64,000 nt of DNA from Callorhinchus milii (taxonomy: Eukaryota): the NCBI RefSeq assembly GCF_018977255.1, contig NW_024704754.1, forward strand, positions 4,712,001 to 4,776,000. Reading direction: 5' to 3'. Below the pieces are notes generated by a model that was not told where the DNA came from, searched no databases, and saw only the letters and a program-made list of their open reading frames with translations. The translations under genes and the position numbers were made by a program. This document shows positions 43,173 to 54,700 of this stretch, one piece after another (the stretch's first letter is position 1; the number at the start of each line of letters is the position of its first letter).

Positions 43173-43519
43173 AATCCTTGCATTTGATATAGCGCCTTAT
43201 AAAGTCTTCGAGGCGTCTCAAAGCGCTTCACAGAATATACTGTCATGTGAATTGACTGTATCTTTTGGACAAAGCCAGGCAGCCGATCGTGCCCACAAAC
43301 AGTCGTGGATTGAGTGACCAAGTTATTTTTTTTAAGGGATTATTACCCCCGGAAAAGCGATCGGTCAATCGACTTAACAACCGGGTTCGTACTTACTGCA
43401 AGGTAAACAGATGTGTGTGGAGTAAGGAAACATATCCAACTTTTCGCCCTGCCTTGGAATCGAACCCAGGTGCTCTCACTTGCGAGGCGAGTGCTCTAAC
43501 CACTAAGCTACAGGACTCC
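43173..43519 (-). mobile_element. Full-length tRNA-derived SINE, older long subfamily, between CLTB and FAF2
   Basis: Reverse complement of head, body and tail. It carries the internal segment that the young subfamily lacks. Confidence 0.88.
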
Positions 43520-45339
43520 ACACAAGATCTTTGCTTCACACACTATATATATATAAATACACACAAGCGTTTTGCCCACAAAATACACAATCAATCCACA
43601 TTACAGTAAATCCTGTGAAACGTTTGAGACGTCTTTATGCTATATCAAATGTAAGTATTATAAGGATTATTATATATGTATATATACTTTATAGCCTTCA
43701 TCCACAATATATACAGTCACACTGGTGTATCCTGTGAAGCACTTTGAGATATCTTGAAGACTTTTTTCTGGTCAACCGGGTGTCTGACCCAAGCGAAAAC
43801 CCATCACATCTTGATGGCGTGAAAGCTGCAAGGATTATTATGTACAGTACATACACATTACATATTATATCTCATAACCACATCTCATACCTTCAGACCT
43901 GAATAGCATGAACCAAACTACATAATAGCAGCTGCTCAGGACATTTGGGAAACCACTCATCCAGTGATAGCACAACATGCATTTTGGTTTCAAGATATAC
44001 CCTGGCTCTCTTCATAACTGAATGAGGTTGGCAAGAGCCAAGGCTTGGGACCCCAGTGTGTTTTGGGATAACTGCTGGAGTCTGACCAGCTAAAACCACA
44101 TAGCTTTCCATTGATATCACTGCTGTCAGCAGGGGTGCATTACAGTGTTGGTCTCAGTAGCCTGACTAGAGGGGGGTGTGGGGTATCAGTTAGCATTGCT
44201 GAATACAATACATTTCCTCTCCTGTCAAGTCTGTCTGTCAAGGATAGGATTAGGTTCCATTGTAACGTCCTCACAAGCCAATAACCCACTTGCATTCATT
44301 CATGCATGTGCCGAAAGGTTATCAACCAGAAACATTAACTCATTTTCCTCTCTCCATAGATGCTGCCTGACCTGCTTTATGTTCCCAGCGACTTGTTTTT
44401 ATTTCAGATTTTCAGCATCTGCAGTAATTTTGCCCTTTTGTTTCCCCACACATTCACTCACTGTCCCGGTTCCAACACAATGAAACCTGGGCATGAATCT
44501 TGTTCGGACTATGTTGTTGTGTCCTGACTGCAAACCGCATGTACCCCTCACCTACCCCTCCCTCCCTCCCTCTCTCTCCCCTCCCGCACATCTGCTGACA
44601 GATGTGCTCCTGCTTCATTTGGTCCAGTTACTTTTGGTTGAGCGAGATCAAGTTTAGTTGAGTCAGGGTGGTTCGGTTAAGGTTAGGAGAGTGAGCTGAG
44701 GTCAGTCAGGATTAGGATAGTTAGTTGAGTTGGGGGGTGGGGGAGCGGGTGTGGGTTACGATAGTTAATAATAATCCTTACATTTGCTGCGGCGCCTTAT
44801 GTTTTTGCTTCGAGACGCCTCAAAGCGCTTCTCACGGGTTATACGGAGAAGGGAATCGACTGTGTGTTTTGTGGGGGAGACAGTGAGTGAGTGAGTGAGT
44901 GAGAGGGTGGGGGTGAGGGTGGGGTGGGGGGCAGTTGAGGTGAAGGTTGGGGAGAGTTTGCTGAGGGGGTTATTAGGACAGTTGGTTGATGTGAGAGTTG
45001 AGGTAGTGAGTGGAGTGTTGTTGTTGTTGTTGGGGGGGGGGGGGGGGAGGCGGTCTGTGGCTGGAGCCGAGGAGGAGGCGGAGGTTCCCGTGGCCTGAGG
45101 CGAGCGGCAGGAGCGCGGGAGGCCTGACTCAGGCCTGAAGCCTGCGTCTGGATTAGCGGGTGCGACCGAGGGGGAGAGGCGGAGAGGAGGAGGAGGAGGA
45201 AAGGAAGAGGTGGGGTTGTGGAGGCGGGTCGCGGGGAGTGACGGGCAGCGCAGGGCGGGGAGGTGGGGAGGGAAGGGGAGGGGAGGGAGGGAGAGGCCGA
45301 GGCGGTGACTTCCGCACAGGCCCGAAGCCAGCGGGCAAG

Positions 45340-48300
45340 ATGGCGGCGCCTGGGCAGCGGGAGGAGGATCTGAGCCAAGAGCAGACAGAGAAGCTCCTCC
45401 AGTTCCAGGTACCGCCAGTCCAGTCAGTCACCCCCCGCCTCACCCCCCCCCATACCCCCCCCACACAACCCCGCCTCACCCCCCCCCCATACCCCCCCCA
45501 CACAACCCCCGCCTCACCCCCACCCCATACCCCCCCCACACAACCCCCGCCTCACCCACACACACCCCTCACCCCCCCCCCCATACCCCCCCCCCCCCCC
45601 GCCTCACCCCCACCCCTCCCCCCCCACCCCCCACCCCCCACACACCCCCCCCCCCCCCCACCCCCCCCACACCCCCCCCCCCCCCCCACACCCCCCCCCC
45701 CACCCCCCCACACCCCACCCCATACCCCCCACACACCCCCACCCCCACAACCCCCCCTCACCCCCACCCATAACCCCCCCCACACAACCCCGCCTCACCC
45801 AACACACCCCTCACCCCCCCCCCCCCCCCGCCTCACACCCACACACAACCTCACCCCCACCACCCCCACCTCCCACCCCCACCCACACCCCCCCCGCCTC
45901 ACCCCACCCCCCACACACACCCCCCGCCTCACCCCCACCCCATACCCCTCACCCCCCCCATACCCCCACCCCCCCACACCCCCCACACACACCCCACCCC
46001 CCACCTCACACCCACACCCCATCGCCTCACCCCCCCACCCGCCTCACACCCCCCCACCCGCCTCACCCACACACACCCCCTGCCTCACACCCCCCCACCC
46101 GCCTCACCCACACCCCCCACCCCACACACCCCCCGCACCTCACGCCTGGTTTACACCTGGTCACCTCTTGTTTTTACACCTGGTGATCTTATGCCAAACT
46201 CCTGACTTTAACCCCCTCTCCCCCCCCCCCCCCACCCCACTCCCCCTCCCCCCCCCCACTCCCCGCTGCCTCCTTCCCGGTTACGTCCTGCTTCACAAAC
46301 CGGTTAGAATAAAATGACAGTTAAACCCCCCCCTCCTCCTCTCCCCTCTCCTCTCCCCCTCCCCGGCGGCATTTGACGCAGCGCCTCGATCGCGTCTTCG
46401 AGACGCGTCTCCCAAGCTCTTCGCGGGATTACTCGCTGTAACGCGGGTTGACCGCGCGTGCGTGTGCGCGCGCGCGCGGGTGCGTTTCGCGGGCGGAACG
46501 CGGCAGCCGATCCGCCCGCAGCCGTGTCCCCGCAGACAGTCGTGCGTTGAAGTGACCATATTATTATTATTATTATTAGTGTTTTTTTTAAAAAAAAGAA
46601 TGATTACCCCCCGCCCCGGAAAAGAGATCTTGGAAATCCACCTCCTGGTTACCTCCTGCTCTTCCACGTGTGGAATCACGGTTTCTGTGTGCTGTGTGTG
46701 TGTGCTGCTGTATGTAGGAAACGTTTTTTTTCTGATGCTGGTAAAGGTACTTATTAATTGTTTGGGAAACTGTTAATCGTTCATTCTTTCGGATCTTGAA
46801 ACGAGGACATTGTTGGTGTTTGTGGGTCGCTGCTGTGTTCGATTGTCCGCCGCGTTTCGCCCACAAACTATACAGTCAAAGCACTTTACAATATATTCTG
46901 TGAAGCCGCCTTGAGACGTCTGAAAGTCGTGATAAGGCACTATATCAAATGCAAGGATTATTATTATGACCTTTTCCAGATGTCAAATGCGAGTGGCAAA
47001 TCTGGCGTAAACTTGTAGAAACCTGGTATATTCTAACTTGCTGTTTATTTTAAGTCGTAAAGAAAGAGAATTTAGTTTGTTGGAAATAAATGCAACTCCC
47101 TCTGATCCGTTGCCTGCTTTAGGACCTAACTGGTATCGAGTCAATGGACCAGTGCCGTCAAACATTGGAACAACACCATTGGAACATTGAGGTAAAGACC
47201 ATTTTTTTTTTAGTAATTCACTTTAAGCAAAACTTTTGTGACAGTGGCAAACCCGATGAATATCATCAACAATCACTCTTGTTTTAAGTCATTGTATGTA
47301 GGTGGGATGCCTGGAATTCTCAGTTTGGTTTGGATACTCTGAAGCATGGTAATGGGTTTTCGCACGTGTCAGACACCCAGCTGACCAAAAAAAAGTGTGG
47401 GCTAGAAATTCCAGCAGACATTGCCAAGACGTAGTGTCGGGGGTGCTTTTTTATGCCTGGAATTTTTTTTTACTTTATTGAATGTAATATTGTGAGAAAC
47501 TGATCCTTTTCGACTTGTTGTTTTACTCACAATTCCCTCTTTCTCATTGAACTTTCAGGCAGCTGTTCAGGATAGACTGAACGAGCAAGAAGGGGTCCCC
47601 AGTGTCTTCAACCCACCTTCCTCTCGTCCTCTTCAAGTCCACACAGCGGACCACAGGATCTATAGCTATGTTGTTTCAAGACCCCAGCCTAGGGTGAATA
47701 TACAGTATATTCTGTGAAGTTCTTTGAGACGTCTTAAAGACGTGATAAGGCGCTATATCAAATGCAAGGATTATTTATATTATAGGGTGAGGAAAGCACT
47801 AGACAGGCTGGTTTGTAAGCCTTCACTGTTTGTGTCAGTGAAAACAGCATACCAGAGTGGCATCTGCTTTCAAAGCAAAGAGCTTTGAGATGTCTCAACA
47901 ATGTGATAAGCCGCTACATCAAATGCAAGGATTATTATTATGTTATCATAAATCATGTTGGACATTGATTTGGATCGTGTTGCCACTGGTTTGATGACTT
48001 GTGCCGATTCGCTCTATATTGTGAGGCTTTGACTTGCAATGTCCAGGGGCATCACCTCTCAAATCTTAATCATTTGAGGTGCTTTTTGACGGAATCCTTT
48101 TACCGAGCAAGACTCTCTTTTTGCGCGTTCTTTGGGTGCAAGGATAGGTGTCAAATTCAAGATATTTTTCAATAAGTTTATTACTTTCATCCTCAAAGAG
48201 GTGTTTGTGTGTGCGCGTGTGTTGTGTTTGTGTGCATGGGTGTTGTGTGTGTGGGTGTTGTGTGTGAGTGTGGGTGTTTTGTGTGTAGTTGTAACCCAGA

Positions 48301-51300
48301 TTGAGTTCTTGTGGTTTGTCAATGTAAAATAACCTCACCTGTTTAATTTTGCAGGGACTCTTAGGGTGGAGTTATTACTTGATAATGCTTCCATTCCGAT
48401 TCACCTATTACACACTATTGGATATCTTTAGGTGAGATAATGGGGTGTCTTTCTCCTAAATTTCTAAAAAAAAGTTTAGAAAACGCCTTAAAAAAAAGAG
48501 ACAAATTCATGAAGTTAAAATTCTTGTCTTTTTGAACAGGTTTGCAATCCGGTTTATCCGGCCGGATCCCAGGAGCCGTGTCACTGATCCCGTCGGGGAT
48601 GTAGTTGCGTTTATTCAGAGTTTTGAGGAACAGTACGGAAGGACCCATCCAGTCTTCTACCAGGGAACCTACAGCCAGGTCTGTAAAGCAATGCCACCTC
48701 CCTCGTCAACTTGCACCCAAAGAGCACTTGGACAATTTTGATATTTCAGAATTAATTTGATGCGAGCTATATGTTTTTTTAAAAAAGCTGCTTAGACTCC
48801 AGCAGTTACCCCAACACACACTAACAACAACAACACTTGGGCTGCCCCCAAGCCTGGGCTCTTGCCAACCTGCCCCTAATGCTCTCCGGAATTAGGTAAG
48901 CAGGATGCGTCCGTCCGGGGGAAAGAGAGTGCATGATCCATTCCAATACATGGGAATTTCCACGTGTAAGTAGGATGCATGGAAACTGTGTTTGGTTTGG
49001 AGACTCTTTAAGTAGAGTGATGGGTTCCCACGTGAGTCAGACACCCAGCTGATCAACAAAATACAAAACTCTTGTGTGCACCATTATATGCAAATGTTAA
49101 CTCCCCTCCATTCCTGAAGGTGGTGATGTTTTCTTGGAGTATTATTCCAGAAAGCCCAAGTGTGAGTCCGAACAGTGAATGTTAACAGGGCGCTTGATCA
49201 CATTGGCTATCCCAGCTGAGGAGCGTTCTGTCCACACAAACACACATTTTGCAGCAAATAGGGATGGGGTGCAGGAAGCATTAGCCAGATTTTAGTTTAT
49301 TTTCTCTCTTCCCCAAAGGCTTGGTGGGTCCTATTTAAACTCCACTTTGTCCCTGCTGAGACCTGCTAACTCTGCACATCAGGGATCAAAGCTGATTGTC
49401 ACGGCTCATTAACACAGTGAGGGTTGCAGCTTTCCTGCTCTGAAAGCAGGTGTAGCCACAGGAGTACTTTGATCACCCTTTTGGAGCTGCTGCCATTCTA
49501 TTAGATTGTGGCTGACCTGTACCTCAAATTACCTGCCTTTGCCCCATATCCCTTGGTACCCTGACCTAACAAAAATCTATTCAACTCAGTCTTGAAAATT
49601 TGAATGGATCCATCCAGCATCCACAGCTTCATAGGAGGGAGAGTTCCAGATTTCCACTGCCCTTTGTGTGAAAAAATGCTTCCAGTTTTCACTCCTAATG
49701 GACCTACTTCTAATTTTAAGATTATACATAGCAGTACATAATTAAAGTCTTAACTGAAGTTGTTAAACTCATTTTGTTTCAGAAGAATTACAAGGTTGAA
49801 ACAGGTATTTTTGTTAGTATTTTGGTTATTACATTTAAGCTATTTCACACAATTACCTTAATGTATTTTGCTGCTGCCTACGCTCCAAACCGGCAGTTTT
49901 ATCCTTTGCAGTCACACCTTGTTAACGTGAGGTAAAAGTCTTTTTGTGGTAACATTTGGAGTTCTGCTCTTAAAACCTTTTATCCTGCAAGTTTCACCCA
50001 ATATATTTTGTTGAAAATTACAGTACGTTCTTTGTAGTTCAATATAATTTTGGTTTGTTCTCGGTTTAGCTTTGCTGCATTACTTTTCGTTTAAATGCAA
50101 TTTACTTTTCATTGTGTTTTACAATCATTTTTGCACTAATGTAATAAGTATTTGAACTGTTCACACAGGCACTGAACGATGCCAAGCGGGAGCTGCGCTA
50201 TTTATTAGTTTACCTTCACGGAGATGACCATCAGGACACAGATGAGTTTTGCCGGTAAGTGTCTGACAATCAGTAAACACTGATTGTCCAGCACCTTGGG
50301 ATTTCCTCCAGACGTGAAAAGCACTTTACAAATGTAATTTTGCTGTTGTATCTGTAATGAACTTCCAGCTCTCAAAATTAGTTTTGCTGAGTAAAACTTC
50401 AACATTTAAAGTGTTTGATAAAGTTTTGTGAATTTTTCTTCTTTTTAAACCGCACCCTCATCTTCAAACGTACAGTCTGATTCCCGTCACACCGTTTGTG
50501 GATGGGAATCGATGTATTTCAAGCACTCTTTGGGACACTACCCTGTGTGAGAGACGCTATATAAATGCGATGTGCTGCATAAACGAGCAGCGTGGTTTTA
50601 CTGAAGTTGTCAGTGACCCGTGCAGGCCGGAGGACGTTTTTAGAACATGCCCCATTATAACGCAGGAGCTGACCTTATGGCTCAGAGGGGTTGAGTTTAG
50701 ATACTTTGAGTCTACAGGAAAACATTGTGAAGTGGGGTATATTATTCAGTTACAAAACAACTAAGTCTTGGGTGTGTTTTTTTTCTCTCTGCGTACAGCA
50801 CCACTCTGTGCTCTCCTGACATTGTAAGCTTCATCAACACTAGGATGCTTTTCTGGGCCTGTTCCACCAGTAAGCCCGAGGGCTACAGAGGTGAGCCGTT
50901 TGGATCTTATTACCATAAAAGCTATTATCACCCACAAAAATACACAGTCAACCCACTTTACAGTATATCCTGTGAAGAGTTTTGAGACGTCTCGAAGACG
51001 TGATAAGGCGCTAAATCAAGTGCAAGGATCATTATTATTAATTCCACAGCTGAATTATGCTCCCATTTGTTTTTAAACTTCAGTAGATTACAGTCAGCTG
51101 CTGTTGGGTACGGCTAAATTCAACATTGTGTTAATGTGTGATAGCCATTCCTTCTTCACCAGCGCCTCCTATAAAGTGTGACTGTTGTAATCAGCTTTTT
51201 GCTAAGCTGCTATGTGTATAGTGTTTGTGTGTGTGTCTGTACGTGCCTTGGAAGGTTTATTGCAAAATAGCCTGGCAACGTTCACTGCCCATCCAATCCA

Positions 51301-53422
51301 AAAGATAGTGTTACAGATATGGACTGGATGGTGGGGAGCGGTGGGGTAGATAGATAACTAACTGCTGGTTATTGTCGGGGAAGACTTAACCAGCAAGTTC
51401 AGACTGTGACTCAGGTAAAGTTTGTCTTAAAATACTCTCCGATTTACCTCCTAATTAACGGTCACCAATTGCATGTGTACAACACGACCCGATGAAGGGT
51501 TTTTATTGAAGTTGCTGGGAGCGATTGCAGAGACGCTGTCTAAACGCAAGCTGTTGTTTCATCGTCGTCAGGGGGAAGCTGTAATCTAACCAGTATGTGT
51601 TATTTTCAGTCTCTCAAGCTCTACGAGAGAACACGTATCCCTTTCTGGCAATGATTATGTTGAAAGAACAGCGGATGACCGTGGTAGGTCGCTTGGAGGG
51701 CCTTTTGCAGCCAGAAGATTTTGTCAATCAACTGACATTTATTATAGATGCTAACACCACGTACCTGGTATCAGAACGTCTCGAAAGGTATGACAAGAAA
51801 ATCTTCTCACTGATAACCTGAAGTGGTGTGCTGCAGGTAGCAACCAGATGTTTGGGCAGGGGGTTGGGGAAATTTCCCCGCAAGAGGGAAAAATACTTCA
51901 ACTCAGAAGTGAAAATCACCTGGATTGTTGAATATTAACTGTGTAAACTGCCTGGCGTCAGATTCCACCACTAATAAGCGCTCCATGAGACAGCACTACT
52001 GGGGAGGTAGGGCCGGGTAGGTAAATGGGACTGAAAGGATTTCTCTTTAAAAGACCCAGCCCAGACCCAATGGGACAAATGGTGCTGTAAATGTCTATGG
52101 TTGTATCTGTTAAATCCACTTTGCTTCGAGTGCTTTAATAAAGGGATTTAATTTGTTTTCAAATGGTGACTTATTGCCCGTTGGGAAAAGGACTGTTTTG
52201 ATGTTTGACGGACTGTTAATCTAGGGAGGAGAGGAACCAGACACAAGCATTAAGGCAGCAACAAGACGAGGCATACTTGGCCTCGCTCCGAGCCGATCAG
52301 GAGAAGGATAGGAAGAAAAAGGAAGAACAAGAAAAGAAGAGGCAGGAGGAAGAAGAGGCAAGGCAACAGATACTCGCAGAAGAAAGAAGACAACTGGTAA
52401 GACTGTCAATTGATTTCATGCTTAAGAAGCTGCTCACTCCTGTCTTCATCCATATATCCGTATTATTATATCCGTAAACTTATATTGGTGAAAATATTGA
52501 CAAATCCCAACTTTTACTGTACTTGCCTGTATATATATTGTGTGTGTGTGTTTTAAAATGTCCCCACCCAGCGTTTTATTAAGTGTGTTTTATTAAGTCT
52601 CTTCGGCATGCATATTAAAGCTTCTAAATGTAAAACAATCGAAGCTGTGCCTGTGACGGTTTGCCAAGCACCTACTGTTTATTTACCATTCTCTCTTTAT
52701 GACACTAAAGAGTTTGCAGGAAGAGAAGGAACGCAAATCAGAAGGTCTTCCCCCAGAGCCACTTCCAGACGATCCAAACAGTGTAAAAATCATCTTTAAA
52801 ATGCCAAACGATACACGAGTGGAGCGGCGGTTTCTATTTACTCAGTCATTAATGGTGAGACTCTCCTCTCATATTATTTACTCAGTCATTAATGGTGAGA
52901 CGATGTCTCTCGTACTGAATGCCGTGCAAAAGCAGAAAATGTGCCATGACTCCATTTGTTAAGAAATACAGAAAAACGTTTTTGAACTGTTTAGTTGAAA
53001 CACAAATATAATTGGAAACTAAGAATCAGTGATTGACTTTTCTGACTAATATTAATAATTAAACTAATAATTCGTCCACAAACTATGCGGTTAATTCACT
53101 TCACAGCATATTCTGTGAAGTGCGTTGAGGTATCTTGAAGACATAAGGCGCTATATCAAATGCAAGGATTATTATTAAAAAAAGAGAGGATTAGGATAGA
53201 CCACTGGAAATTTTACATGTCTTTCTTCTCTCACGACAGTTGATCCACGACTTCTTGTTCTCCCTGAAAGAAACTCCCGAGAAATTCCAAATAGTGGCTA
53301 ACTTTCCGCGGAGAGTGCTTCCCTGCCTGGCCACGGAGAAAACACCGATTCCTCCTACCCTGCAGGAGGCAGGATTGAGCCGCTGTGAAGTTCTGTTCGT
53401 TCAAGACCTCACCGATGATTGA
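45340..53422 (+). CDS. FAF2: FAS-associated factor 2 / UBXD8 (447 aa)
   Basis: 11 exons: 45340-45408, 47123-47191, 47559-47693, 48355-48431, 48540-48678, 50169-50254, 50799-50890, 51610-51787, 52225-52396, 52711-52854, 53240-53422 (TGA). Domains UBA (LLQFQDLTGIESMDQCR), membrane hairpin, UAS, coiled coil and UBX with the FPR loop. AATAAA at 53670 and 54156. Confidence 0.96.
45430..46270. repeat. Extremely C-rich degenerate minisatellite at the start of FAF2 intron 1
   Basis: About 840 bp of ccccgcctcacccc/cacac units; G4-prone on the minus strand. Confidence 0.92.
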
Positions 53423-54489
53423 GCCAAAAGCCAGCTCTCTGGTTGGTTTTTGTGTAGCTGCACAGAGTAACGGATCACAGAGACTTCCTCACTAAAACGA
53501 GCCAAGTTTCTTCTGCGTCGGTGGGCAAAAATCTATGGAGCTGAGTTGCTCGTCATTTCCTGGGATGAACTGCACTTGCCCATCACTCACTATGCTAGTC
53601 CTATTATTTTTTTTAAAAAAAAGATATACCCGCTGTGTTGAGCAGCTTTTGATCAGAGGATGTAACATAAATAAACCCACACTTCCACCTTGATAGACCC
53701 TGACTTGCTACCCTCCCCCCAAAAAATTTGCCCCCCTCTCTGCTAGTTTTGTTTTTCCCATGTACCTATATTTATGTTGTATTTCTATTAAAAAAAGAGG
53801 AAAACATGAAAGACCAAAGGAGGCTTGGCTGTTATTGAGTTGTTAGAAGATGGACTGGTTGATGTACTGAATGGCTATGACACAGACTGTGGTAAAGTCT
53901 CATTGCTGGTGTGGTCGGCATATAACATGCCCACAGTCGTTGGAGTCTGTTCCCTGTTTGAAACCTGAACAGGCTTGTGGTGCTCAAGGTGTAATTTATT
54001 CCAACAGGATCAATTAAAACCGTTTGGGAATTTTATTGTGTCAAATCATAGATTTTATAGACTTTCATGTCATCATTTACTCCAAAATCCCTTGAAAGAA
54101 AATAGTCACGCAAGACTCTTTATGAGACACTGCTGTGCGGGAATGGGGTATTGTAAATAAAGGCTGTATATGTATGTGTGACCGGAACTGAGTCAGTTTG
54201 TGAACTCCACAAACTATGCTGCGTTCAGCTCCTTGCTCATTCCCCACTGAGTAAACTCAGACCCAGGTGGATTTTTGCTCTCAATAGTTTCTTTAAGGCA
54301 ACATTGATGGGAACAATTATAGTTATTGTGGCCGTGATTGTTATTTAGCAGAAATCTGAAGTGAAACCACCATCTGCCAGCTGCTTTATTTAATGGTTCC
54401 TGTTAAGGAAACACTAGTCCAGTACTGTATTTAAAGGAATGAATTAGTGCTTCACAGCTGTTCCTTTTAAACGAACATTTCCAGTTAAT

Positions 54490-54700
54490 TTCTGTATCGT
54501 TGCCACGGGATCTTTAATGTTCATCTGCACAGGCAGGTGGCAACTTAGGGTTTTGACTCAACCGAAGGACGGCACTCCCATCAATGTAGTGCGTTCTCTC
54601 TCTCTCATTTCCCCATCCAATACTGTGAGCCTTGGACTACAAACTCAAAATGCCATTGTGGGGCTTGAACTCACAATTTGACTCAAAAAAAGACTGCTAC
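54490..54700 (-). mobile_element. Ancient DeuSINE (SacSINE1-like) remnant
   Basis: gccacgggatctttaatgttcatctg..ccgaaggacggcactcc..ggggcttgaactcacaa resembles the reverse strand of shark DeuSINE as recalled; degenerate. Confidence 0.55.

Noticed and set aside
45160-46317. 385-aa proline-rich ORF
   Set aside because: Only 45340-45408 is coding (FAF2 exon 1). The rest is read-through into a stop-poor C-rich intronic repeat.
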